Of a stretch of 64,000 nucleotides of DNA, positions 35,901-45,336 are shown in pieces. This DNA comes from Bacteriovoracia bacterium. Its GTDB lineage: Bacteria; Bdellovibrionota; UBA1018; JBFWNL01. Every line of letters begins with the position of its first letter. The first letter of the stretch is position 1. The stretch is taken from positions 64,001-128,000 of the forward strand of contig JBFWNL010000003.1 of assembly GCA_050251055.1 (NCBI GenBank), in the 5' to 3' direction. The notes beneath the pieces are model-generated. The model did not search any database, was not told where the DNA came from, and saw only the letters and a program-made list of their open reading frames with translations. The translations under genes were made by a program, and so were the position numbers.

Positions 35901-38067
35901 AGTCGGCAGGGCTATAGGACATGAGGTGGATGTAGGCCGTACGATTACCCTGGTTCACCAGGCGCAGTATGCGCTCGCTTTGCGACTGCATCGGTACGCT
36001 GCCAAAATCTTCCAACGAAGGAGAAAGCACCAGGAACGGACGATCGTAGATGCCCGTGCCCGAAAGCGCGACCGAAACCGACTGTTCGGCGTCGCCGGCT
36101 TCGCGACGGTAACGAATCTGAAGCAGATCGGAGTAAACTCCCAGCGAGGCGGGCGCGAAGCGCACGGCCACGTTGCATACCCCCTGACCCGCCACCTGAG
36201 GCAGGCATCCGTTGCTCACTACCGAGAACCGATCCAAAAGCACGGCCGGGAAGTTCAAGCCGACGGTGGGCTGAAGGCCCAGGTTGCGGATCTGCAACGA
36301 GAGCGTGCGCGTAGTGGCCACGTCGACGTTGCCGAAGGCGAGCGTGGCTGGGTTCGCCACGAGCAGCGGCTGAACGTGTGCGCTCGTGAAAGTAAGGCTA
36401 CGAGAAAGAGCGCGCGGGGCAGAAAACGCATCGGCATAGCCCACGTCGAACGCGCGCACATAATCCTGCAAGGTGACGGTTTGGGCCGAAGCGGCGTTAG
36501 CCGTGAAATTCACCTGGAGATTGCACGTCGCCTGCGCGGCGAGTTGCACGCCGCAAGGATTCGCCGCGGCGGTCGAGAAAGTGATGCGCTCGCCCGCGGG
36601 ATTCGCCGGCAAAACGAGGGCGGTCGCGGCCGCGTTGCCCTGGTTACGAATCTGCAAAGTAACGCTGATCGAGGTACCCACGGCCACCTGCTGGGCGGCC
36701 GGGACCGCGTCGATGTACACCAGGGACGCCGTCGCGGCGATCCCGGTGCCGCTCACCGAAAGCTGGAGCGTGCGCTGGTTGCCCACCCCGTTCTGATAGC
36801 GAATGAGGGCCTGGGCCGCGTGCGGACCGGCCGAGACAGGGTGGTAAGCGACCGCAAAATCGCACTGCCCGCCAGCGATCAACGCGCCCGCCGCGCAGCT
36901 ACCCGCGCTGAAGGTAAAGTTCGGATTGCCGCCGATGTTCGTGAGATCGAAATTCACGCCGGTCGCGGCGAGGCCGCCTTCATTGCGGACGACGAAGGTC
37001 ACATTACCGGCCGACTGGCCTTGCACCACCGAGCCGTAACCGTATTGACCATCGCCCGTGCCACCGTCAATCGCCAAGCCGGATTGGGCTTGGAACGCCA
37101 AACGAGCCGGATTGGCCGGCACCACCCCGTTGCCGCTGAACGCTTGCACGAGATCCATGCCCTGGCCGTTGCTCAGGTAGTTTACCGCGAGGTTTCGCGT
37201 GATCGGACCCGCGGCCGACGGCGCGAAGCTAACGCGCAGCTGGCAAGAGGCGTTCGGCGCCAGACGGCGCGGTTGGCTCAAGCTCAAACAGCTCGAATCC
37301 GGAAGCACCGTGAACGGTTCACTCAAGCCGCTCCATTGGATCTGCGTGGCTTCGCCGATACCGATATTAGTCAAGTTGAAGGTCGACACCCGGGACTGCC
37401 CCACTTCGACGTCACCGAACGCGGAAACGTCCGCGGCCGAAGCGGGCGTGAGCGCGAGGTGAGCCCGAGTATTGAGCCCGCGGCCGGAAACCTGGAAGGC
37501 CGGCGCAAAGAAAGTACGATCCGGATTGCTCAGGCGATCCGTTTCGCTGATGAAAAACACGCGTAAGCCGCCTTCGATGGCGTGTAGACCCGCCGCTTGC
37601 GGGTGAAACGTGATCCGCATCGAGCAGAATTGCGAGAAGTTCGGCTGGTTGACGATGGCGAGGTACGTGCCTTGCCAGCCGGGAATCTGGGCTTCATCCG
37701 CCAGGCAAGGCTGGGGGTCCCACGGGTTCACCGCGGCCGGCCCCGGCTGCACGGTGAAGTGTTGGCTCGGCAAATAGCTCAGGTCCAGATAGTACGCGCC
37801 CGCTAGGCCGATGTTGCCGACGTAAAACGTTTTCGTGTAACCGCTGGTTTGAATTTCCGTGTCGCGAAATTGAAAGGAAATGGAATACAGGTCGTCGCCT
37901 TCCTGCATCGCGACTTCGCCGCCCGCCCAATCGATGGCCGTCGGCCACCAACGAACGTTGGGTAGCGGATTTCCCGCGAACGCCGAGACACCGAAGACGA
38001 AATTTAAGATGGAAACGAATCCCAACCCGCGGACGAACCGCAAGCCCTGTTTAGCCGTTGCCCCCAT
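32956..38067 (-). CDS. Large secreted adhesin-like protein: ASH/choice-of-anchor-D Ig-like repeats plus GLUG-motif region
   Basis: 1703 aa with signal peptide; repeated FGxVxxG..F/LxxxNxG..SC..C..F units; FRGNIEGNGHVISNL followed by many GGLIG/GGLVG repeats. Confidence 0.85.
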   Translation of the reverse strand: MGATAKQGLRFVRGLGFVSILNFVFGVSAFAGNPLPNVRWWPTAIDWAGGEVAMQEGDDLYSISFQFRDTEIQTSGYTKTFYVGNIGLAGAYYLDLSYLPSQHFTVQPGPAAVNPWDPQPCLADEAQIPGWQGTYLAIVNQPNFSQFCSMRITFHPQAAGLHAIEGGLRVFFISETDRLSNPDRTFFAPAFQVSGRGLNTRAHLALTPASAADVSAFGDVEVGQSRVSTFNLTNIGIGEATQIQWSGLSEPFTVLPDSSCLSLSQPRRLAPNASCQLRVSFAPSAAGPITRNLAVNYLSNGQGMDLVQAFSGNGVVPANPARLAFQAQSGLAIDGGTGDGQYGYGSVVQGQSAGNVTFVVRNEGGLAATGVNFDLTNIGGNPNFTFSAGSCAAGALIAGGQCDFAVAYHPVSAGPHAAQALIRYQNGVGNQRTLQLSVSGTGIAATASLVYIDAVPAAQQVAVGTSISVTLQIRNQGNAAATALVLPANPAGERITFSTAAANPCGVQLAAQATCNLQVNFTANAASAQTVTLQDYVRAFDVGYADAFSAPRALSRSLTFTSAHVQPLLVANPATLAFGNVDVATTRTLSLQIRNLGLQPTVGLNFPAVLLDRFSVVSNGCLPQVAGQGVCNVAVRFAPASLGVYSDLLQIRYRREAGDAEQSVSVALSGTGIYDRPFLVLSPSLEDFGSVPMQSQSERILRLVNQGNRTAYIHLMSYSPADYSGVGGSCTTAIAAGASCEQRVRFRPASIGPSNGSLTVVYSASMPPRQDAGIFGDSVADPNRYSVEVAYDRLSPKASGGNGQVAMAQLRGVGTPPDTAAQLVLIPTDASSHDVGDVPYQDTADRSVSFNYMNVGGHSAEIQGVTVPIPFSIRSSTCQGVIAYLQTCTVIVGYANPVPAQYSGRALAVAYRDAVTLANASKVVNLSIRFAGALLAQSPAGLVDFQGSVGGVLSAGFGLVNSGNVPAQALAIVGTPAGFSANGSACAALGESQACQVAASYNAASVGTFDGSYQIAYSYAVGGTVYTAAPVVIAARAVVSGDGGSTPCTGPLANRISTPADVSRIRANLLGTFEICADLDFSGIDFEPIGTPAAPFRGNIEGNGHVISNLTINRPLRDGAGFFGSMLGGCDPGTFAYVRNLRFVNVNVTGQRNVGTVAGDVVASVHFTNLHVESGQVRGVPRLNEQGAQVTATLSVGGLIGVKRSSGSYAEPAGMTQDVSSRARVTAEGTGAGAVGGLIGSNYKNPITGASVATELVDGGPGSFNVGGVIGFNGSWAQVADAHFTQPQAGVLGEVKGKKWVGGLIGNNQSNISDSSAQARVTGSALVLSAANPPIVESTYDFEGVGGLIGTSGGLIQNTSAGGIVTGVENVGGLIGDYAGAEITNGVSTAEVNGSTINAGGLVGRLFTYYAEAAFPSARITNSSASGLVRGCGGVGGLVGSVEGSIVTRSSASGAVEGGNCASGAVVDHGGYPFVGIGGAIGNVAARLSQTDSMVLKQSRIESVSASGTVTGSRFATGGALGAVVWSSVRHVYARGAVSLTAGGRDVMGGLEAAAGGLIGRMYTSASSDDLIDQSTLSDAYATGRVTYAGGYVSGQAYRLGALIGQLYVWTNGGISPFGESSLPVYWNASANTTIQVPSNASGGLTTLTVAGIGGNSGYQVFAAGRSDIQLQTQGTYAGWDFASSGFWQMPQNGDNGGFPTLR

Positions 38068-38299
38068 ACCCCGAATGCCCCCTTCAACGTACTGAAGTTG
38101 GCCCTATCCCCGCTCTAAACCTTATCAAATTAGTCTGATTAATCAAATATTTCGACGCAACGCAAAAAACTATATAACCATATGAAATTAATAAATTTTA
38201 TTGAATTTTTGAAAAATCCAAGGCTTTTGCCCTTAACAATTGAGGGGTAAAAATGAGGGTAAACGTCACCCTCGGCACGGTTTATCCGGGCGAGGAGGC

Positions 38300-39328
38300 C
38301 TAACCGATCACGGGGTACTTCCGCTTGGCGTATTCGTCGCTGACGGCCTTTTGCATAACCGCCAGCACGTGGTCATAAATGACCTGGTAGTTTTCCTCTT
38401 CCGTGCGGTTGTCGTTCCAGAGCGACATGGGATCGATCGGTTCGAGGAGGCGGAAATTCATCTTGGCCGGCATGGGCACGAAGATCGAAGCGAAAGCCGC
38501 CGGCGCGAGCAAAAGCGGAAAAAACGTGAAAACGCCCGTGACCATGCACCACATGAAAAAGAGCGAGCGGTAGGTGATGGGTAATCCGTGCAGGCGGTAT
38601 TTCTTCTTGAGACCCAACGCCTCGGCGATCTCCTCGCCCCGATGCAAGATCACGTAACTCTCGTGCGCGCCGACGCTCACGAGGGGCACGATCGGAACTT
38701 TCGATTTCACGGCCAACCGAATGAACCCCTTGCGTTGATAGAAATCGACGAGCTTGCGGTCCTTATAAGGACGGAAGCTTTCCTTCTCTCCCCCGGGGTA
38801 CACGAGCACCGTGTAGTCACGCTTCAGCGCCTCCTCTGCCACGTCGGGATCGGCGGGAATGGCGCCAATACGTGGACAAAGCCAAGCAAAGAGCGGGTTG
38901 TTGAGCGCGATCCCGTGCGCGAGCCCCACCCCCCGCCGAGTAGATCCAAAACGCTTCCACCAGGCGTAAAAAAGCATGACGACTTCGAAAGTGAGCAAGC
39001 CGTTGTGATTGCCGACGATGAGCGACTTCTGCGTGGGCATATTCTCCCAGCCGTCGAACTCGCAACGGAAGTAATGCTTATAGAGGCCATCCAGGAAAGG
39101 CTCCATCTTCTCGATGAACCGGGGGTCTAGTCGATCGAGATCGCGAAACAAGCGACGTTTTTGCGCGGCAGTGACCATGGATTTTCGGGGACTCGCCTTC
39201 TCTTCCCCACGTTTCGGCGCGGGGGCGTCAGGAGATGAAGGGGTTTTTAACGCTTCCGATGGAACCGCGGAAGGCGCCAGGCCCGGCGTCAAGAAATCGA
39301 CATCATGATTGGGATCATTGAGTTTCAT
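38300..39328 (-). CDS. Lysophospholipid acyltransferase family protein
   Basis: IVGNHNG, VLVYPGGEKE, RKGFIRLA..VPIVP. Start taken at MKLND. Confidence 0.88.
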   Translation of the reverse strand: MKLNDPNHDVDFLTPGLAPSAVPSEALKTPSSPDAPAPKRGEEKASPRKSMVTAAQKRRLFRDLDRLDPRFIEKMEPFLDGLYKHYFRCEFDGWENMPTQKSLIVGNHNGLLTFEVVMLFYAWWKRFGSTRRGVGLAHGIALNNPLFAWLCPRIGAIPADPDVAEEALKRDYTVLVYPGGEKESFRPYKDRKLVDFYQRKGFIRLAVKSKVPIVPLVSVGAHESYVILHRGEEIAEALGLKKKYRLHGLPITYRSLFFMWCMVTGVFTFFPLLLAPAAFASIFVPMPAKMNFRLLEPIDPMSLWNDNRTEEENYQVIYDHVLAVMQKAVSDEYAKRKYPVIG

Positions 39329-39521
39329 CGCGAGCGCCCTCCTGGCCCTCCACCTATCCATTGAAAAAAACCGGTGAGGGACTGAGCCTAAGCGTGGCTA
39401 CCCCAATCACAAAGCCGGATCGTATTTTTTTTCCGAAAGGATTTTATATGCGCGCTGACGAGCAGCGCGAAGCGCTGAACTCGGCGCGCTGGCGGAGCGC
39501 GCCCACGCAAAATGGTTTCGC

Positions 39522-40662
39522 CTACACGCTGTCGTCGGCTTCACCGCCACGCGCCCATTCGCCGGTAATACGGCAAGTGAGGTACGCCTTGATGAAGCCG
39601 TCGAGATCGCCGTCGAGCGCCTTGTCAGCGGAGCTCGTGGAAAAACCCGTGCGGTGGTCCTTCACCAACTTATAAGGATGCAGGACGTAGGAGCGGATCT
39701 GGCTTCCCCAGGCGATGTCCTTCTTGGTGTCCTCGATGGCGGCCATTTTCTTGCGTTCTTCTTCCATGTGGCGTTCATAGAGGCGCGAGCGCAGCACCTT
39801 CATCGCCAGATCCCGGTTCTTGATCTGGGAGCGCTCCTGTTGGCAGGTCACGACGATATTGGTCGGCAAGTGCGTGATGCGCACCGCGGAGTCCGTCGTA
39901 TTCACGCCCTGGCCGCCCTTGCCGCCCGCGCGGTAAACGTCGATACGCAGGTCGGCGGGGTTGATGACGACTTCGAAATCGTCGTCGATCTCCGGGCTGA
40001 CGAAAACACTCGTGAAAGAGGTGTGCCGACGGGCGTTGGAGTCAAACGGCGAGATGCGCACCAGGCGATGCACGCCGGCTTCCGACTTCAACCACCCGTA
40101 GGCGTTCGGTCCGCTCACCGTGAACGTGGCATTTTTCAAGCCCGCGGTTTCACCAGACAAAACATCCATCACGCTGACCTTGTAACCTTTATGCTCGGCC
40201 CAGCGCTGGTACATGCGAAAAAGCATCTGCGCCCAGTCCTGCGACTCGGTCCCGCCCGCGCCCGCATTGATCGTCACGATCGCGTTCTTCGGATCTTCCT
40301 TTTCGGACATGAGCTTGCGGAACTCGGCACGCTCGAAGAGCTCCGCCATTTGGCTGACCATTGCCCCCACTTCGCCGAGCGTGCTCTCGTCGCTCTCCTC
40401 CTGGGCCAAATCAAATAAGGTGTCGGCATCGCTGAAGGCGCGATCCAGCTGTTCGAACTCGGTGACTTCGGCTTCTAGCTGCGATTTCTCCTGAGTCAAC
40501 GCGCGCGCCTTACGGTTGTCCTGCCAAAACTCGGGCTGCGCGGAGAGATCTTCTAGTTCGGCGATGCGACGTTTCTTTAGAGGGAGGTCAAAGAGAACCT
40601 CGTAGGAAATTGAGTTTCTCTTTCATCGCTTCGAGCTGCTTGCGGATTTCGTGGCGGTCCAT
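39522..40662 (-). CDS. prfB: Peptide chain release factor 2, with +1 programmed frameshift
   Basis: MDRHEIRKQLEAMKEKLNFLRGSL then CTT-TGA-C, continuing in the +1 frame as DLPLKKRRIAELE..; SPF and GGQ motifs. Confidence 0.97.
40587..40602 (-). promoter_or_regulatory. prfB frameshift cassette
   Basis: CGAGGT-TCT-CTT-TGA-C: internal SD-like sequence, slippery codon and UGA stop. Confidence 0.92.
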
Positions 40663-40676
40663 TCTCCGGGTGTATC

Positions 40677-41120
40677 TTATCGGCTCCGGGCGATCAAGCC
40701 CGGCGTACCCAAGGTTCCCAAAAGCTTCTGCTCCCATTTTGCCATGGCCCGCGCGGCGGCGGGGCCCCGCTCGTGATCAAAGCCCAGTAGGTGTAAATAT
40801 CCGTGGCAAAGCAGGACGTCGAGCTCGCGGCGCGCCGAGTGCCTTTGCTCGCGCGCCTGAGCTTTCAGCACCGGCAGGCAGATCACGAGCTCGCCTAAGT
40901 GCCCCTGCCGGCGAAAAACCTTCGGCGCGGGAAAACTCAGGACATCCGTGAGGCGATTTTTTTTTCGATACTGACGATTGAGCCGGCGCATCGCCGGGCC
41001 GGTCACGAGCTGAACGTCGACGTGCGAGGCCGCCCCCCGACGCTTGAGCGAGGTCTGGCGCACGGCCGCCTTCGCTAATTGGCGAAAACGACGAGCGGCC
41101 AATTGATTCCAAGCTTCCAT
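40677..41120 (-). CDS. ybeY: rRNA maturation RNase YbeY
   Basis: LNRQYR, TDVLSFP, HGYLHLLGFDH. Confidence 0.95.
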   Translation of the reverse strand: MEAWNQLAARRFRQLAKAAVRQTSLKRRGAASHVDVQLVTGPAMRRLNRQYRKKNRLTDVLSFPAPKVFRRQGHLGELVICLPVLKAQAREQRHSARRELDVLLCHGYLHLLGFDHERGPAAARAMAKWEQKLLGTLGTPGLIARSR

Positions 41121-41162
41121 AACATGGTGCGTATATCAGCCCGCCTGTGCTAAGACAAGGGT

Positions 41163-42029
41163 ATGGCCTCGACTCCCGCTGATGGCAAAAAAGACCCGCA
41201 AAAACTGCTCGATCTGATCGAAACCGTGCGCCGCCTGCGTGCGCCCGACGGCTGTCCCTGGGATCGCGAGCAGACCCACCAAAGCCTGCGCCCCTACCTG
41301 ATCGAAGAAGCCTACGAAGTATTGAGCGTGATCGACCAGATCGACGACGTGAAGAAACTCCAAGACGGCAAGATCCGTCAGGAGTTCCGCGAGGAGCTGG
41401 GCGATCTTTGGCTGCAGGTCCTGCTGCATTCGGAAATGGCGAGTGAAACGGGCGCGTTCAATATTTATGACGTCGCCCAGGTGCTGAACGAAAAGCTCGT
41501 GCGGCGTCACCCGCACGTCTTCGGAGACGCGAAGGCAGACTCCGCGGACGCGGCCTACGCCAACTGGGAACAGCAAAAAGCGGCCGAAAAAGCGAAAAAT
41601 CCCCAGGCGAGCGTGCTCGACGGGCTGCCGAAGGCACTGCCGCAACTGCAGCGCGCGGCGCGGCTCATTGAAAAGGTCACGAAGGTGGGATTCCAGTGGC
41701 CCGATATGGAAGGCCCGCTGGCCAAGCTCGAAGAGGAGCTCGAAGAATTCAAGGAGATCGCCGCGAATCTTCCCCCCGGCCAAACCCCTGACACCGAAAC
41801 CGCGGCCAAACTCGAGCACGAGCTGGGCGACGTGCTCTTCTCCATCTGCAATCTGGCATTCCTGATGAAAGCCAATCCCGAGGACGCTCTGCGTACGACG
41901 CTGGCTCGCTTCGAACGGCGTTTCCGCCACGTCGAAAAACGGCTGAAGGAAAAGGGTTCCTCGCCCGCCCAGTCCAATCTGGAAGAGATGGACCGCTACT
42001 GGGACGAAGCCAAGGCGCTCGAAAAGTGA
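41163..42029 (+). CDS. mazG: Nucleoside triphosphate pyrophosphohydrolase MazG
   Basis: GCPWDREQT, EEAYEV, EELGD, RRHPHVFG, ELGDVLF. Confidence 0.96.
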   Translation: MASTPADGKKDPQKLLDLIETVRRLRAPDGCPWDREQTHQSLRPYLIEEAYEVLSVIDQIDDVKKLQDGKIRQEFREELGDLWLQVLLHSEMASETGAFNIYDVAQVLNEKLVRRHPHVFGDAKADSADAAYANWEQQKAAEKAKNPQASVLDGLPKALPQLQRAARLIEKVTKVGFQWPDMEGPLAKLEEELEEFKEIAANLPPGQTPDTETAAKLEHELGDVLFSICNLAFLMKANPEDALRTTLARFERRFRHVEKRLKEKGSSPAQSNLEEMDRYWDEAKALEK

Positions 42030-42646
42030 AGACCGGAGGCAAAAACCGGGCGATCCCCGTGGTGGGCCTCACCGGCGGCATCGCCGCGGGCAAATCTGCC
42101 GTGGCCCGGTTTTTCGCCGAGGCTGGCGTTCCCGTGCTCGATGCGGACGTGATTTCCCGCGAACTATCGGCGTCGGGAGGAGCAGCCCACGCCACCATCT
42201 CCAAAGAATTCGGAACGACGGATCCGAGTGCATTACGCGAGCAGGTATTCCAGGATCCTTCGGCACGTACAAAGCTTGAATCGATCCTGCATCCGCTCAT
42301 CATCGCCGAGTCCGAGCGGCGTTTTGAGCAGCTAGGCCAGGCCTCGCCTCCGCCGGCCTTCGTGGTTTACGAAGCGGCGCTGCTGGTGGAAACCGGCCGT
42401 TATCGCGAATTCGACGCGCTCGTCGTCGTCGACGCGACCCCTGAGGTCCGCAGAGAGCGGCTGGCAAAACGAAACAAAGATGCCGCTCGGCTCGCCGAAA
42501 AAATTTTGCGCGCCCAGGCTGGCGATGCCGCCCGCTTAAAAGTCGCCACCCACGTGGTCAAGAACTCGGGCTCTCTTGACGAGCTTCGCTCCCAGGTCCA
42601 AAACCTGATCGAAGTCTTCCGCAAACAATTCGCGTCTCCCAAATAA
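42026..42646 (+). CDS. coaE: Dephospho-CoA kinase
   Basis: GLTGGIAAGKS, LDAD, LESILHP, EAALLVE. Confidence 0.95.
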   Translation: MKTGGKNRAIPVVGLTGGIAAGKSAVARFFAEAGVPVLDADVISRELSASGGAAHATISKEFGTTDPSALREQVFQDPSARTKLESILHPLIIAESERRFEQLGQASPPPAFVVYEAALLVETGRYREFDALVVVDATPEVRRERLAKRNKDAARLAEKILRAQAGDAARLKVATHVVKNSGSLDELRSQVQNLIEVFRKQFASPK

Positions 42647-42748
42647 TCCGCGAAATAATACGGCGCGCCACCATCGAATTCCTTGAACAACGAGGGGAAA
42701 TCCCTTACCGTTTTTGGACATTCTTTCATCTTTTTTAAGGAGAAAATC

Positions 42749-43615
42749 GTGAAAGCGAACCGCCTGCTTTTGGTCGGAGCCATGACTCTGACTACCCCCA
42801 TCCTCGGCTGCAACTTATTCGGATTCATGTCGAGCCCCGGCAACGACGGGCAGTACTTATCCGTCGCGCGGGCTTGCCTGGACAGCGGCGACTTCGCGTG
42901 CGCCTTGGAAAACTACCAGAAGCTCTCCGCCGCTTACGACGACATTCGACTGAGCGAAACCTCGTTCCTCACCTTGGCCCAAAACGGCATGACGATGGGG
43001 GTGTTCATGGAAGCCTTCGGGAACGGCGAAGGCGGCAGCGGGATTCGGGTCATCGCCAATCACTTGGCCGCGAATGCGAATCAAACTACCCGTTTGGCGA
43101 TTTTCGGCGCTTACAGCTCGGTGGACGGCAATACGGCGAATGGCGAAATTGCCAACAGCAGCCTGAAGGGATTCGTAAGATTCGTGGTCTCGCTAGCCTT
43201 AGCCGGGGAAATCCTGGCCGAAGATGCCGACGCCGTCGGCGCCGCCGAGTTCACCTCCGAAGACTTCACGATCGATCCGACGGCATGCCGCGCGGCCGGC
43301 ACGGGAGCCTGCGCCACCACCGGCGGATGCGACAAACCGGCGGCGGCGACCATGACCGACACCGCTGCGACTTTCACCCTTAACGACAGCGACGCCGGCA
43401 CCTCCACGGGGAAGCTCAACACCTCCCTCCCCGACCTGAAAATGTTCCACGCCGCGATCGTGCAAGTCGACGCCGGCTTGACCGCCGCCCAGGCGGGCGG
43501 AAAGTACGGCACCGGAACCGGCGGCTTCGCTAGCCAAATGATCACCGCGGCCACCGCGATTGGCGTGGCCAACAGCCGTTGCTACCGACAATCGCTGCTA
43601 AGCCAAGGCCTCTAA
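42749..43615 (+). CDS. Hypothetical lipoprotein
   Basis: AAGGAG RBS, GTG start, lipobox ILGC; TPR-like ARACLDSGDFACALENY. Confidence 0.75.
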   Translation: MKANRLLLVGAMTLTTPILGCNLFGFMSSPGNDGQYLSVARACLDSGDFACALENYQKLSAAYDDIRLSETSFLTLAQNGMTMGVFMEAFGNGEGGSGIRVIANHLAANANQTTRLAIFGAYSSVDGNTANGEIANSSLKGFVRFVVSLALAGEILAEDADAVGAAEFTSEDFTIDPTACRAAGTGACATTGGCDKPAAATMTDTAATFTLNDSDAGTSTGKLNTSLPDLKMFHAAIVQVDAGLTAAQAGGKYGTGTGGFASQMITAATAIGVANSRCYRQSLLSQGL

Positions 43616-43650
43616 ACCGTCTTTCATCCTAATTGAGCAGGTAAACCGAA

Positions 43651-44805
43651 ATGAACGCGACGAACCCTATGAACAAGCCCATGCTGAAGTATCTCAAGCA
43701 CGCCATCTACGTAGCCCTGGCCGCGCTCTTGGCCGCGATTTTCTTGATGAACAATCCCGCCCAAGCCTACGACAACATCATCAAGCCCTACCAAAGCCCG
43801 CGCTCGTCGGCCATGGGCGGAGTGAAGCTGACCACGGGCCTTTACGATGAAAACTTCTTCGGCAACCCCGCCCGCGTAACGGCGAACCCGAAGTGGAAAG
43901 TACAAATGCCCGACCCGATGCTGGAGTCCACCGTCAGCACCCTGGGGAACATCAATAAGATCATAAAGGCGGACGATAACTTTCTGCAGAGCGTGGGCAG
44001 CACCTCGGGCAGCAACTTACACGTACGCATCCAGATGACTTTTCCTTCGGTGTACCTCCCCGGCGAAAATGATCACTGGGCGTTCGGCCTGATCACCAGC
44101 GTCCAAACGGACTCTGGCCTGCGCAACTCCTTCCAGGTGAACCCCTCGGTGGTAACTGACATCGGCCCGGCCATCACCTACGGCCGAAAGCTCATGGATG
44201 AAGGCCGTCTTTCGGTGGGCGCCACGATGCACGCGATTTATCGCGTCTCTTCCGACGGCTCCACCTCGATGCTCGATGTGATCCAAGGCCGTTCGCTCAG
44301 CCCGCTTGACACCGGCGGCACCGGCTCCATGATCGATTTCGATTTGGGCATGACTTACCGGGTGAACTGGCGGCCGATGGAATTCGACATCAACACCGCC
44401 ATGGCCTTCAACAACCTGCTCGGTGGCAAATACAGCAATCTAGGCATCAAACTCAAGGACACGGGCCGCCTCCCCATTGAACAGCCGCGCACCTTCGGCT
44501 TCGGGATCTCGGCGTCCAAACCCTCGCTTTGGAAATTCACCGACTTCGTACTCGCGCTTGAGTTCCAAGACATCGGGAACAATACGAACGGAAATCTTTT
44601 CCGCGTGGTCCACATTGGGTCAGAAGCGACCTACGGCGTGCTGAAACCACGGCTCGGTTTTAACCAGGGCTATATCGCGGCGGGCTTGGGCCTGGCCTTG
44701 AAGTTCATGGATCTGGACCTTTGTACCTACGGCGAGGAGCTTTCCCTCGTTACAGGCCGCCAACAGGATCGCCGCCTAGCCCTTCGCCTAGCGTTTCAAA
44801 TTTGA
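43651..44805 (+). CDS. Outer membrane beta-barrel (TraF-like/FadL-PorV clan)
   Basis: Signal peptide; RSSAMGG..FFGNPA plug motif; beta-strand pattern ending LRLAFQI. Confidence 0.7.
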   Translation: MNATNPMNKPMLKYLKHAIYVALAALLAAIFLMNNPAQAYDNIIKPYQSPRSSAMGGVKLTTGLYDENFFGNPARVTANPKWKVQMPDPMLESTVSTLGNINKIIKADDNFLQSVGSTSGSNLHVRIQMTFPSVYLPGENDHWAFGLITSVQTDSGLRNSFQVNPSVVTDIGPAITYGRKLMDEGRLSVGATMHAIYRVSSDGSTSMLDVIQGRSLSPLDTGGTGSMIDFDLGMTYRVNWRPMEFDINTAMAFNNLLGGKYSNLGIKLKDTGRLPIEQPRTFGFGISASKPSLWKFTDFVLALEFQDIGNNTNGNLFRVVHIGSEATYGVLKPRLGFNQGYIAAGLGLALKFMDLDLCTYGEELSLVTGRQQDRRLALRLAFQI

Positions 44806-44877
44806 CACGCTTGTCGACCCCCAACCCTCGGGCGTATCATCGAGAGAGTTAAGAAATTCTGAAGGGTTGGTATTACC

Positions 44878-45327
44878 ATGTGGGATTTTCTCTCCGACTC
44901 GGGGGCTTCCGCACCCCGAAACACGCCTAAAAAAACGGCGTCTTATCACCTCATCAAGGCCGTCGTGGACCTCGTGGTGAATTCCGAGGACACGGCCACG
45001 TCTGGCGCGCCAGCTGAAACGTTCCAGGCTTCCGTCTTATTGAATGAGTTGAACTCCATCGGCATGACGCTTTTCACGGCCCGCCATTTCTCGCCGGGGC
45101 AACGAATGTACGTTCGCCTCGAAGGCACGGTGCCCTTTGAAACACCGGCCATGGTCACTTGGTGCCGAGACCTGTATCCGCGCTCGATCATCGTCGGCGC
45201 CACTCAGCCCACCTGTCGATTGGGTTTGAAATACCAGTTCGAGTCCGAGCAGCGCCGCCGCATGGTCGAGCAAGCGTGCTTGGAAATCTACGCCCGCCAC
45301 GTGGCCGTGCGCGAAGAAGCGGCCTAA
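44878..45327 (+). CDS. Degenerate PilZ-like domain protein
   Basis: LNELNSIGMTLF..FSPGQRMYVRL..VTWCR..RLGLKY; no RxxxR motif. Confidence 0.55.
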   Translation: MWDFLSDSGASAPRNTPKKTASYHLIKAVVDLVVNSEDTATSGAPAETFQASVLLNELNSIGMTLFTARHFSPGQRMYVRLEGTVPFETPAMVTWCRDLYPRSIIVGATQPTCRLGLKYQFESEQRRRMVEQACLEIYARHVAVREEAA

Positions 45328-45336
45328 GGCACCCCC

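Noticed and set aside
32806-37566. Long plus-strand ORFs (32806..34086, 34210..35265, 35926..37566)
   Set aside because: Antisense shadows of the GC-rich 1703-aa adhesin gene; Arg/Ala-rich translations without domain motifs.
39522-40662. prfB as a pseudogene
   Set aside because: The internal stop is the canonical programmed frameshift site.
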